This document shows positions 20,062-29,282 of a stretch of 64,000 nt of DNA, in pieces. Location of the stretch: positions 128,001-192,000 of the forward strand of contig CAXHZO010000003.1 in the NCBI GenBank assembly GCA_964022095.1, written 5' to 3'. The stretch is from an uncultured Arcobacteraceae bacterium. Lineage in GTDB: Bacteria > Campylobacterota > Campylobacteria > Campylobacterales > Arcobacteraceae. The number at the start of each line of letters is the position of its first letter. Position 1 is the stretch's first letter. Both the position numbers and the translations under genes were made by a program. Below the pieces are notes generated by a model. The model worked only from the letters and a program-made list of their open reading frames with translations. It was not told the origin of the DNA and did no database searches.

Positions 20062-21105
20062 ATGGAATTTATATTAAATTTTTTACAAAACTTTTGGGAA
20101 CTATCAGTAATGATAGGATTATATGTTTTAATTGGATTAATTTTTGTAGGAATAATCCACCTATATATTTCAGAAGATTGGATTAAAAAACATTTAGGTG
20201 AAGATAATAAATATAGTGCTTTAAAAGGGGCATTATATGGTATTCCTCTTCCTCTTTGTTCTTGTGGTGTAATACCTTTGGCTACAAGTTTAAGACAAAA
20301 AGGTGCTTCTAAAAAAGCTGTGACAAGTTTTTATATTACTACTCCAATGACTGGAATTGATTCAATTATAGCTACATATGGAGTATTTGGTCTTCCAATG
20401 GCAATAATTAGAGTTATTTCAAGTTTCATTAGTGGAGTTGTTGCTGGTAGTTTTGTAAAAGAATCATATGATGACATTCAAGAAGAAGAGAAAAAGTCTT
20501 GTTGTAGTTCTTCTTGTTGTGGTTCTTCTTCTAATGAAGTAGTAAAAGAGAGTCAATTTAAAAAAGCATATGATTATGCAATGAATGAAGTTTTTAGTGA
20601 TTTAGCCAAACCAATGTTTTATGGGCTAATATTAGCAACTTTATTTTTACTTTTAATTCCAAATAATGGGGTTGAATTTTTAAATGATAATTTGTTTATC
20701 GCTTATGCATTAGTTTTTTTAGTTGCATTACCTTTATATGTATGCTCTATTTCAGCCATTCCTATTGCTTTATCAATGTTAGCAGTTGGAGTAAGTCCTG
20801 GAGTAGCTTTTATTTTTTTAGCAGCAGCACCAGCAACTAATATCATTACAGCAGGGATTATAAAGAAAATTCTTGGAAATGATGTCTTAATAATATATCT
20901 TATCTCAATTATTGTAGTCACTGTTTCATTTGCATTAATGATTGATTTTGCATTTCCAAAAGAATGGTTTGTTTATACATTAGATAGTTTAGAAAGTGAA
21001 TCAAAATCAATACTTGATATAGGTGGTGCTATTATATTTTTAGTCACTATGTTTTATTTTGTTGGTAAGCAATGGATTAAGTCTATATCTTCAAAAAAGA
21101 ATTAA
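20062..21105 (+). CDS. DUF318/ArsP-related permease (SO_0444-like metal efflux type)
   Basis: GIPLPLCSCGVIP and PLYVCS...P motifs, central KKSCCSSSCCG loop, multiple TM segments. Confidence 0.85.
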   Translation: MEFILNFLQNFWELSVMIGLYVLIGLIFVGIIHLYISEDWIKKHLGEDNKYSALKGALYGIPLPLCSCGVIPLATSLRQKGASKKAVTSFYITTPMTGIDSIIATYGVFGLPMAIIRVISSFISGVVAGSFVKESYDDIQEEEKKSCCSSSCCGSSSNEVVKESQFKKAYDYAMNEVFSDLAKPMFYGLILATLFLLLIPNNGVEFLNDNLFIAYALVFLVALPLYVCSISAIPIALSMLAVGVSPGVAFIFLAAAPATNIITAGIIKKILGNDVLIIYLISIIVVTVSFALMIDFAFPKEWFVYTLDSLESESKSILDIGGAIIFLVTMFYFVGKQWIKSISSKKN

Positions 21106-21107
21106 AG

Positions 21108-21130
21108 TAGCCATCTAAAAAAGATGGCTA
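21108..21130. terminator. Hairpin between the convergent permease and transposase genes
   Basis: TAGCCATCT-aaaaa-AGATGGCTA. Confidence 0.65.
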
Positions 21131-21144
21131 TTATACTTATAGTT

Positions 21145-22347
21145 TTAAATACTCAATTGATTATCTAACCTACCTTCAAAAAATATTGTAAGTTGAGAGA
21201 TTGTAAGAGACCAATTCCTAACTGGCATAGTCCATTTTTTATTTGCATTCTGAATTCCCATTTACAATAGTTTTAAAAGTGAATTTTCATTTGGAAAAGC
21301 TCCTTTAGTTTTAGTAAGCTTTCTAAATTGCCTATGTATTGATTCAATAATATTTGTAGTATAGATAATTCTTCTAATATCTTCAGGATATTTAAAATAG
21401 GCAGATAAGTTTTCCCACTTGTTTTTCCAAGATTGAATTACAATAGGGTATTTTTTACCCCACTTATTTTCAAGTTGAACTAATGCTTCTTCTGCTGATT
21501 CTTTTGAAATAGCTTGATAAATAAGTTTTAAATCTTTCATAAACTCTTTTTGGTTTTTTGAAGCAACATATCTAATTGAATTTCTAATTTGATGAACAAT
21601 ACATAGTTGTATTTCAGTATTAGGAAATATAGCATTTATAGCTTCTGGAAATCCTTTTAAACCATCTATTGAAGCAATAAGTATATCTTCTACTCCTCTA
21701 TTATTTAAATCAGTTAAAACCTGTAACCAAAAATTAGCTCCTTCATTTTCTGACAGATATAATCCTAATATCTCCTTTTTACCATTTAATCCAACTCCTA
21801 AAACAGTATAAACAGCTTTAGATATATATCTTCCATTATCTTTAATCTTATAGTGTATTGCATCAAGCCACACAAAGGGGTAGATTGATTCAAGTGGTCT
21901 TTGTTGCCATTCTTTTAATAATGGTATAACTTTATCAGTAACAGCACTTATTGTAGCTTTAGAAAAACTCATTCCATACATTTCTTCAATATGTTCAGAT
22001 ATTTGACTATAACTATTTCCTAAAGCATACAAAGATAGAATTTTTTGTTCTATATTATCTGACATATGAGTTTGATGTTTTTTAACTATTTGAGGCTCAT
22101 AAGAACCATTTCTATCTCTTGGAACATCAAGTTCAAATTCACCAACACTACTTTTCATAGTTTTAATAGATTTACCATTTTTTCTGTTTTTATTTATCTC
22201 AGAAGTTAAATGAGACTCAAGTTCAGCTTGTAATACAGCTTCTGTAAGTTGTTTAATAAGAGGAGCTAAGACTCCATCTTTACCATCTATTTTTGAACCT
22301 GCTTTTATTTGTTCAAGTGCTTCATTTAAATCAAATGTTTGATTCAT
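21145..22347 (-). pseudogene. IS256-family transposase with an in-frame nonsense codon at 21264-21262
   Basis: VPRDRNGSYEP, WLDAI, IDGLKGF, CIVHQIRN and YTTNIIES motifs; past the TAA the frame continues MGIQNANKKWTMPVRNWSLTISQLTIFFEGRLDNQLSI*, a typical IS256 C-terminus. Confidence 0.92.
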
Positions 22348-22406
22348 TGTTCAATCCTTTAGAATTATAAATTCTATCAGACTGACACAAAATTTCTAAC
22401 ACTCCC

Positions 22407-22414
22407 TTAATAGA
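22407..22414. repeat. Target-site duplication, right copy (TTAATAGA)
   Basis: Matches 19536-19543. Confidence 0.9.
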
Positions 22415-22873
22415 TTCAACAATGTCTCCAGTTTCTTTTATATTTTTAGTAAAATATTCATTAAATAAATCGATATTGTCTGTTGATGCAATACTGAAAG
22501 CAATTCCACCATCAATTTTAGGTTCATATTGAATTGTACTTTCTCCTGAATTATTTTTTTGCCAAATAAAGAATTCATTAAATTCATTAACTCCAATAAT
22601 ATTTACTGTATTAGTAATTTCAGTTTGTTTAAATAATTTGTCAGATTCTTTTATTAAGTCATTACTAACTTCATATGAGGATTTAATTTTTTCTACTAAT
22701 TCTAAACCTTCTTTTGTTTTTCCTGTTATTCCAATATATCCAGATTTAGTTTCATTTAATCGAAAAATTTTTTGAAAATTATCACTTAGTACTGAACCAT
22801 CTTCATTACAAATTCTTTTATCTGAAGCCATAAATACACTACCATTTATTAATACAGAAATGACAATACTCAT
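22407..22873 (-). pseudogene. 5' part of an IS-interrupted gene with an Ntn-hydrolase/proteasome beta-subunit-like pattern
   Basis: MSIVISV...FMASDKR...FQKIFRL...GYIGITG; AGGAG RBS upstream; cut at the IS end. Confidence 0.65.
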
Positions 22874-22934
22874 TAAATCTCCTTATAAATAATTCTTTTT
22901 ATTATATCATGAAAAAAAGGTGATAGGAACCTTT

Positions 22935-23243
22935 TCATTCAAACCCATAAATCAAAAAATCAATAGAGTTTTTTATCTCTTCTTTTTCATTTTCTAAACT
23001 TATAACTTTTTGTTTTAATTCACTTATCACTACTGCACCCATTTGGGCAGTTGTTAGATATACTTTTTCATCATTTATTATAAACTCTTTTGTTAGTCCT
23101 TGTACACCTTTTAAATCTCTAACTAAAGGTATTACAACTCTTGTATTTAATGATTTTAAAATATCATTTTGAACATCTAGTAAGTATGGTACTCTTTGAT
23201 TTGTTTGATTATTTTCATTTATATATACATCAAATTGAGCCAT
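22935..23243 (-). CDS. ccdB: CcdB-family toxin
   Basis: MAQFDVYIN...PYLLDVQND...LNTRVVIPL, C-terminal IKNSIDFLIYGF. Confidence 0.9.
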   Translation of the reverse strand: MAQFDVYINENNQTNQRVPYLLDVQNDILKSLNTRVVIPLVRDLKGVQGLTKEFIINDEKVYLTTAQMGAVVISELKQKVISLENEKEEIKNSIDFLIYGFE

Positions 23244-23485
23244 TAAAACATCCTAGAACTTTTTAAAATAAGTCCATCTTCTTCTACCATTTTATTATAT
23301 GAGTTTATTGCTTCTTTATTTTCTTTTTCCCATGCTTTTATTTTCTCTTCTTTTGAGCTGATATTTAGGTATGAGTTCAAAGCTTCTCTAATGATTTGTG
23401 TTTTCTTTTTGCCACTTTTTAAAGCTTCATTATCAAGTGATGCTAATAATTCTTCTTCCAGTGTAATAGTCATTTTTCTAGTCAT
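23243..23485 (-). CDS. ccdA: CcdA-family antitoxin with RHH (CopG-like) N-terminus
   Basis: RKMTITL...KKTQIIREAL RHH; WEKENKEAINSYN...RMF tail; GGAG RBS before the ATG at 23485; overlaps the toxin start. Confidence 0.85.
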   Translation of the reverse strand: MTRKMTITLEEELLASLDNEALKSGKKKTQIIREALNSYLNISSKEEKIKAWEKENKEAINSYNKMVEEDGLILKSSRMF

Positions 23486-23494
23486 GAAAACTCC

Positions 23495-23513
23495 TTTACC
23501 ATATTTTACCATA
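23495..23513. promoter_or_regulatory. Direct repeat upstream of ccdA, candidate autoregulatory site
   Basis: TTTACCATA x2 with 10-bp period, next to the RBS. Confidence 0.45.
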
Positions 23514-23863
23514 CTTTGTACTTCAGTCCAAATAGACTACTTCATAAAATGAAATAAAAGGTATAAAAATATTTTCGATTTTTAATATTAAGTCATTTTA
23601 TTGAACTATATTTAAGATATATAACATTATGTATTTCATACATTTTAAATTATAGGTATTCTTAATAACTTATATATTACTTCAACAAATAACCACATTA
23701 TATTATTATTAAAATTATAAAATTACATGTTGTAGGGCTATTTACAAATTATAAAATATCTGATATAGTTCCATTATGTAAAATAATAATTTTAATTAGG
23801 GAGTTATTATTTGTTTTGTACTTATTTTTATAAGGAATATAGATAAATCAAAAAGGATAAATA

Positions 23864-24748
23864 ATGAAAAATATTAGTTTATTTTTAGTAATTTTTATTA
23901 CTACTGTATTTTTTACTGGTTGTGTACCAACTGAAAAGAGAGTTATTGAAAAATCTCCAAAATTTACTGAGGTAAATGTTATTGACAATGGATGTGGAAC
24001 ACAATTAAATGAAGCTTCTGATTTAGCATTCAATGACAAGGATAATATTCTTTATATAGTAGGAGATAAAGGGAAGTTTTATAAATGTAGTGTGGATTTA
24101 AAAGAAGATTCAATTACTTTAGATTTTATTTCTTCTGAATCAATTATTCATGATTTTGCATCTGTTGATGCTGAAGGTTTAAGTATGAATTCACAAACAA
24201 ATGAATTGATACTTTCAACAGAAGGTAATGATGGAAATATCTATCCTTTAAGTAAATATGGTGTAATAAATGGAAAATATGAATTACCTGACATTTTAAA
24301 AGATGCAAGTTATAAAAGTGCTAATAAAAAATTTGAAGCACTAACATATCATAATGACTTAGGTACTTTAACTGCAGTTGAACAACCAATAAATGGAATA
24401 AAAAATATTGATCAAACTATATATAATATGCATGGTGATTCTTGGAGTTTCAAAGCTGAGAACTATAGAGAGGCTTCAGTAACTGCAATAGAAACAACAA
24501 GTGATGGAAACTTATTAGTTTTAGAAAGAGCAGTATATAAATCAGTAAATTTTTATATAACAATAAAAAAACTAATCCTTAATGAAGAATGTAAAAATAA
24601 AAGTGTTTGTAGTGATGAGGTTTTATATAAAGCTTTCTGGGAAGGTGGAAACTTTGAAGGAATGACAAAAATAAATGACACTTACTTGATTGTAAATGAT
24701 GGACAAGCTCGATTTGATAGCGTATTTAAAGCCTTTAAAATTGATTGA
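23864..24748 (+). CDS. Lipoprotein, phytase-like/SdiA-regulated (YjiK-like) beta-propeller
   Basis: Lipobox FTGC; repeated EASDL, DAEGL, FEAL and NFEGM blade motifs. Confidence 0.7.
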   Translation: MKNISLFLVIFITTVFFTGCVPTEKRVIEKSPKFTEVNVIDNGCGTQLNEASDLAFNDKDNILYIVGDKGKFYKCSVDLKEDSITLDFISSESIIHDFASVDAEGLSMNSQTNELILSTEGNDGNIYPLSKYGVINGKYELPDILKDASYKSANKKFEALTYHNDLGTLTAVEQPINGIKNIDQTIYNMHGDSWSFKAENYREASVTAIETTSDGNLLVLERAVYKSVNFYITIKKLILNEECKNKSVCSDEVLYKAFWEGGNFEGMTKINDTYLIVNDGQARFDSVFKAFKID

Positions 24749-24773
24749 AAATAAATTCTATTTCCTTTAAAAG

Positions 24774-24812
24774 AAGAAGTTAAAAACTCTATTGAGTTTT
24801 GACTTCTTTTTT
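24774..24812 (+). terminator. Probable intrinsic terminator
   Basis: AAGAAGTTAAAAACTC-tatt-GAGTTTTGACTTCTT, imperfect stem followed by a T run. Confidence 0.6.
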
Positions 24813-24882
24813 ATACTTTGTTGCTTTAGTGTTGCTTCCATAAGACAATTTATCAAAAAATGACTATTTACACTCTTTTATT

Positions 24883-24899
24883 TGTATACTTTATATACA
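24883..24899. promoter_or_regulatory. 17-bp palindrome TGTATA-N5-TATACA upstream of ureD
   Basis: TGTATACTTTATATACA, 16/17 identical to 13788-13804. Confidence 0.65.
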
Positions 24900-24969
24900 G
24901 GTGAAGAAAAAATAGGCTAATCATTTTTGTTAAAATTATTAACAATTAATTACAGAATATAGGAAAAAT

Positions 24970-25719
24970 ATGAGTATATCATTCAATTTTAAAGATGATA
25001 AATTTAGTTTAGATAAATTAAACTTACCATCTCGTCACTACTATTTTAACGATGATGAAAACTATATAAAGTTGTTAAATATTGGTGAAGGGATTTTTCC
25101 TAAAGATAGAGTAAAAAACTCATTTAGTTTAATTAACTCAAATCTTATTATTACAACAGAATCAGCTACAAAAATCTATCCATCAAAAAAAGAGTATGGA
25201 ATAAACTCAATAAAAATCAATCTAGAAAATTCAAATTTAGAGTTTATAAATGATGAATTGATTTTATATAAAGACTCAAAATTTATTCAAACTTTCAGAA
25301 TGAGTTTTGATGAAAAATCAACATTTTTTTATACAGATATTTTAAGTAGTGGTAGAAGTTTTGAAAATTTTGACTTCTCCTCAATGCTAATTAAAAACTC
25401 TTTTTATGAAAACAAAGATTTAGAGTATTGTGAAAAGTTTGAAATACAAGGTGATGAGTTAAAATATTATATTGAAAGAAAATCTTCTTTAAATAAAATA
25501 TTTGCAAAGATCTATATCAAAGCCCAAAATAGTGATGAGTTTATGAATATTTTATATAAAGAGGATTTTGAAAGTTTTACATTTAGTAAAAGTAAAAAAA
25601 TTATTATTGGAGTAATTAGTTCAAATAGCATGTATGAACTAAAAGACAAAATCTTTAAAGTATGGGAACTATACAGAACACAATTAAACAAATCAAAATT
25701 TGTTTTAGGAAAACAATAA
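24970..25719 (+). CDS. ureD: Urease accessory protein UreD/UreH
   Basis: GEGIFPKD and ITTESATKIY motifs; first gene of the urease operon. Confidence 0.85.
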   Translation: MSISFNFKDDKFSLDKLNLPSRHYYFNDDENYIKLLNIGEGIFPKDRVKNSFSLINSNLIITTESATKIYPSKKEYGINSIKINLENSNLEFINDELILYKDSKFIQTFRMSFDEKSTFFYTDILSSGRSFENFDFSSMLIKNSFYENKDLEYCEKFEIQGDELKYYIERKSSLNKIFAKIYIKAQNSDEFMNILYKEDFESFTFSKSKKIIIGVISSNSMYELKDKIFKVWELYRTQLNKSKFVLGKQ

Positions 25720-25743
25720 AAATCTAAAGGAGGCATTAACCAT

Positions 25744-26421
25744 ATGTTTTTAACAAATAGAGAACAAGAGAAGCTACTTATTTATACTGCTTCAAAACTT
25801 GCATTAGAAAGGAAAGATAGAGGTTTACAACTAAACTATCCAGAAGCCGTTGCAATTTTAAGTTCATATATACTTGAAGGTGCAAGAGATGGCAAAAGTG
25901 TAGCTCAACTTATGGTAGATGCTACAAAAGTATTAAAAGAAAATGACGTTCTTCCTGGCGTTGCATCTATGATGCATATGGTTCAAGTTGAAGCTACTTT
26001 TAATGATGGCACCAAACTAGTAACTGTTCATGACCCAATTCCTTATGATAAAAATGATATTGCTCCTGGTGAGTATTTTATAAGTGATGGAGAAATCAAC
26101 TTAAATGATTCAAGTGAAATTACAGTGATTGAAGTTGAAAACTGTGGAGATAGACCGGTTCAAATAGGTTCTCACTATCACTTCTTTGAAGTAAACAAAG
26201 AATTGAATTTCAATAGAGAGCAAGCTTATGGAAAAAGATTAGATATTCCAGCTGGAACTTCTGTTAGATTTGAACCAGGTAGTAAAAAAAGTATTGACTT
26301 AATAAATTTTACAGGTAAGCGGTATATGAGTGGATTTAATGGTTTAGTTGAAGGTTTTTTAGATGATGTTGAAACTAAAACAAACGCAATGAAAAATTTA
26401 AAAATGTTTTTAGGAGAATAG
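25744..26421 (+). CDS. ureA: Urease gamma/beta fusion subunit (Helicobacter-type UreA)
   Basis: LNYPEAVA and [12 protein letters not shown] (gamma), then [15 protein letters not shown] and [11 protein letters not shown] (beta). Confidence 0.95.
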   Translation: MFLTNREQEKLLIYTASKLALERKDRGLQLNYPEAVAILSSYILEGARDGKSVAQLMVDATKVLKENDVLPGVASMMHMVQVEATFNDGTKLVTVHDPIPYDKNDIAPGEYFISDGEINLNDSSEITVIEVENCGDRPVQIGSHYHFFEVNKELNFNREQAYGKRLDIPAGTSVRFEPGSKKSIDLINFTGKRYMSGFNGLVEGFLDDVETKTNAMKNLKMFLGE

Positions 26422-26423
26422 TG

Positions 26424-28124
26424 ATGAAAATATCAAAACAAAAATATGCATCAATGTATGGACCAACAACTGGTGATAGATTTAGACTTGCAGATACTTC
26501 ACTTATCGCTAAAATAGAAAAAGATTATACAACATATGGTGAAGAGAGTAAGTTTGGTGGTGGTAAGACTATTAGAGATGGTATGGCTCAAAGTCCAACT
26601 GCAACAATTGTAGCAGATCTTATTATTACAAATGCAGTAATTATAGATTATACTGGTATTTATAAAGCTGATATTGGTATCAAAGATGGTGTTATCAGTG
26701 CTATTGGAAAATCAGGAAATCCAAATCTTTGTGATGGAATCACTGAAGGTTTAGAAATTGGAGCAAATACTGAAATTCTTTCAGCTGAGGGGAAAATCAT
26801 CACTGCTGGTGGGATTGATTCACATATTCACTTTATAAGTCCTGGTCAAATTGATGAGGCTTTAAGTAGTGGAGTTACTACTATGGTAGGAGGAGGAACT
26901 GGTCCAAATACTGGTACAAATGCTACTACTTGTACACCAGGAGAGTGGAATATAGGAAAAATGATTCAAAGTGTTGATGATATTCCTATGAACTTTGGTT
27001 TTATGGGTAAAGGAAATAGTTCATCTTATGAAGCTCTTAAAATGCAAATAAAAGCAGGAGCAATGGGACTTAAACTTCACGAAGACTGGGGAAGTACACC
27101 AAATGCAATTGATACTTGTCTAAAAGTTGCAGATGATTTTGATGTGCAAGTTGCAATTCATACAGATACTTTAAATGAGTCAGGATTTGTTGATAACACA
27201 GTTGATAGTTTTAAAAATAGAACTATTCACACATTCCACTCAGAAGGTGCGGGTGGTGGTCATGCACCTGATATTATGAAAGTTGCAGGATTGGCAAATA
27301 TTTTACCATCAAGTACTAATCCAACTTTACCATATACAAAAAATACTATTGAAGAGCACCTTGATATGCTTATGGTTTGTCACCACTTAAGTCCAAAGAT
27401 TCCAGAGGATGTAAGTTTTGCAGAATCTAGAATTAGAGGAAATACAATTGCAGCTGAAGATGTACTTCATGATATTGGTGCTATTAGTATTACTAGTAGT
27501 GATTCTCAAGCTATGGGTAGAGTTGGTGAAGTAGTTATCAGAACTTGGCAAGTTGCAGATTCTATGAAACAACAAAGAGGTTCATTAGAATCTGATGAAG
27601 CTAATAATGATAATGAAAGAATCAAAAGGTATGTTGCAAAATATACTATAAACCCTGCAATTGCTTGTGGTATTGATAATCATGTTGGTAGTGTAGAAGT
27701 TGGTAAGATGGCTGACTTAGTTTTATGGACTCCAGCATTTTTTGGAGTTAAACCTGAGATTGTATTAAAAGGTGGATTTATAGCTTTAGCAATGATGGGA
27801 GATTCAAATGCTTCGATACCAACTCCAGAACCAAATATGTATAGACCTATGTTTGGAAGTTTAGGAAAAGCAAGTGCTAAAACAAGTGCAATTTTCACTT
27901 CAAAAGTAGCAAGTGGAGATTTAAAAGAGAAACTTGGAATTGATAAAAAAGTATTACCAGTTAAAAATACAAGAGATATTGGTAAAAAAGATATGAAATT
28001 AAATGATTTCATAGGAGATATTCAAGTTGATCCAGAAACTTATGATGTAACTGTAAATGGAGAGTTAATTACTTCAAACTATGTTGAAACAGTGCCAATG
28101 GCTAAAAAATACTTTTTATTTTAG
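26424..28124 (+). CDS. ureC: Urease alpha (catalytic) subunit (UreB in Helicobacter nomenclature)
   Basis: [47 protein letters not shown]. Confidence 0.98.
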   Translation: MKISKQKYASMYGPTTGDRFRLADTSLIAKIEKDYTTYGEESKFGGGKTIRDGMAQSPTATIVADLIITNAVIIDYTGIYKADIGIKDGVISAIGKSGNPNLCDGITEGLEIGANTEILSAEGKIITAGGIDSHIHFISPGQIDEALSSGVTTMVGGGTGPNTGTNATTCTPGEWNIGKMIQSVDDIPMNFGFMGKGNSSSYEALKMQIKAGAMGLKLHEDWGSTPNAIDTCLKVADDFDVQVAIHTDTLNESGFVDNTVDSFKNRTIHTFHSEGAGGGHAPDIMKVAGLANILPSSTNPTLPYTKNTIEEHLDMLMVCHHLSPKIPEDVSFAESRIRGNTIAAEDVLHDIGAISITSSDSQAMGRVGEVVIRTWQVADSMKQQRGSLESDEANNDNERIKRYVAKYTINPAIACGIDNHVGSVEVGKMADLVLWTPAFFGVKPEIVLKGGFIALAMMGDSNASIPTPEPNMYRPMFGSLGKASAKTSAIFTSKVASGDLKEKLGIDKKVLPVKNTRDIGKKDMKLNDFIGDIQVDPETYDVTVNGELITSNYVETVPMAKKYFLF

Positions 28125-28132
28125 GAGAAAAT

Positions 28133-28579
28133 GTGAGTGCAAATAATATTAAAAAAATGGTTGAAATAAAAAGAGATATTCCATTTGATGATGAGGTTGA
28201 GTTATCATGGTTTGATATGCAAAAACCAAATTTAACTGCTGTTTCAAAAGAGGGCGTAAATTTTATTATGAAAGTGAAGTTTACACATCTTCATGAAAAT
28301 GATGTTTTATCTGATGAATCTGGATATGCGATAAAAGTTAGTAAAAGTGAAGATGAGATTTTTACTTTAGAGTTTAATGATGCATTAACTTTTGCAAAAA
28401 CAGCTTATGAAATAGGAAATCGTCATCAACCAGTTATGATTGAAGATTTTAAAATTACAGTTTTAGATGATATTTCTTTAAGTGATATTATCAAAGACTG
28501 TTATTCAAATGATGCAATAAAAGTTGAAAAAACAAAAGGGTACTTTAAACCAAATGGTAAAGCACATCACTCACACTAA
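28133..28579 (+). CDS. ureE: Urease accessory protein UreE
   Basis: AYEIGNRHQP motif, short HHSH tail; AGGAG RBS before a GTG start. Confidence 0.9.
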   Translation: MSANNIKKMVEIKRDIPFDDEVELSWFDMQKPNLTAVSKEGVNFIMKVKFTHLHENDVLSDESGYAIKVSKSEDEIFTLEFNDALTFAKTAYEIGNRHQPVMIEDFKITVLDDISLSDIIKDCYSNDAIKVEKTKGYFKPNGKAHHSH

Positions 28580-29270
28580 TTCTTTTACAAAATCGAACCT
28601 AAAAAGTCTTAGTCGATTTTTACAAATCCTTGATGGAAGTTTTCCATCGGGTGTTTTTGTTCACTCTTTTGGACTTGAACCTCATGTTATAAAAGAAGAA
28701 GTAAATAATATAAAAAGTTTAAAAGTCTATCTAGAGAATTTAATAATAGATCAATATTCTCAAATGGAGTTTGTTTATATTAAAAAAGTTTATAAAGCAC
28801 TAGAAGATAATAAATTATCAATTATAAAAAGATTAGATAAAAATTATGGAGCATATTTAACTTATGAGTATGCAAAAGCTTCAAAAGATATAGGCCAAAA
28901 TTATTATGCACAAATAAAAAACTTACCTACAAGTGACATTGTAAAACAGTATTTTAAAACAATTGATCAAAAAAAGTGTGAAGCAAATGAAATTATAGTT
29001 TTATCTTGTTTATCTTATGATTTAGATATTAGCTTAGAAGATTTTATAGTGATGTGGACAAAGAAAAATCTTATAAATATAGCAGTTACAACTCTAAAAA
29101 TATCAAGAATAAAACCAAGTGAGATACAACAAATGTTATTTGAATTTGATGATATTTTACAAAACTATGGTTTTGTAAATATTAATGAAAAAATTACAAA
29201 TTTCAATCCACTTTTTGAAGAAGTGATTTTCTCACATAGAAATTTAGAACCAAAAATGTTCGCAACTTAA
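28554..29270 (+). CDS. ureF: Urease accessory protein UreF
   Basis: LQILDGSFPSGVFVHSFGLE, C-terminal H..LEPKMFAT. Confidence 0.92.
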   Translation: MVKHITHTNSFTKSNLKSLSRFLQILDGSFPSGVFVHSFGLEPHVIKEEVNNIKSLKVYLENLIIDQYSQMEFVYIKKVYKALEDNKLSIIKRLDKNYGAYLTYEYAKASKDIGQNYYAQIKNLPTSDIVKQYFKTIDQKKCEANEIIVLSCLSYDLDISLEDFIVMWTKKNLINIAVTTLKISRIKPSEIQQMLFEFDDILQNYGFVNINEKITNFNPLFEEVIFSHRNLEPKMFAT

Positions 29271-29282
29271 AGGAAGAAAAAA

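Larger units (their letters stand above)
19544..22406 (-). mobile_element. IS256-family element carrying passenger genes (arsR-like regulator + permease), 2,863 bp
   Basis: Ends GAGACTGTTTAGAGTTTTGTGTCA (19544+) and GGGAGTGTTAGAAATTTTGTGTCA (22406, minus strand), 18/24 identical, each followed shortly by CTGATAG; 8-bp TSD; IS256 DDE transposase inside. Confidence 0.9.

Noticed and set aside
22331-22406. C-terminus of the 180-aa ORF (GVLEILCQ...)
   Set aside because: It is translated from the IS terminal repeat; the true C-terminus is at 19535-19457
23514-23863. Long AT-rich intergenic region as a possible ncRNA or CRISPR leader
   Set aside because: No repeats, stable structure or recognisable RNA motif seen
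28131-28136. ATG-TGA start-stop overlapping the ureE GTG start
   Set aside because: Could be chance; no evidence of a regulatory role
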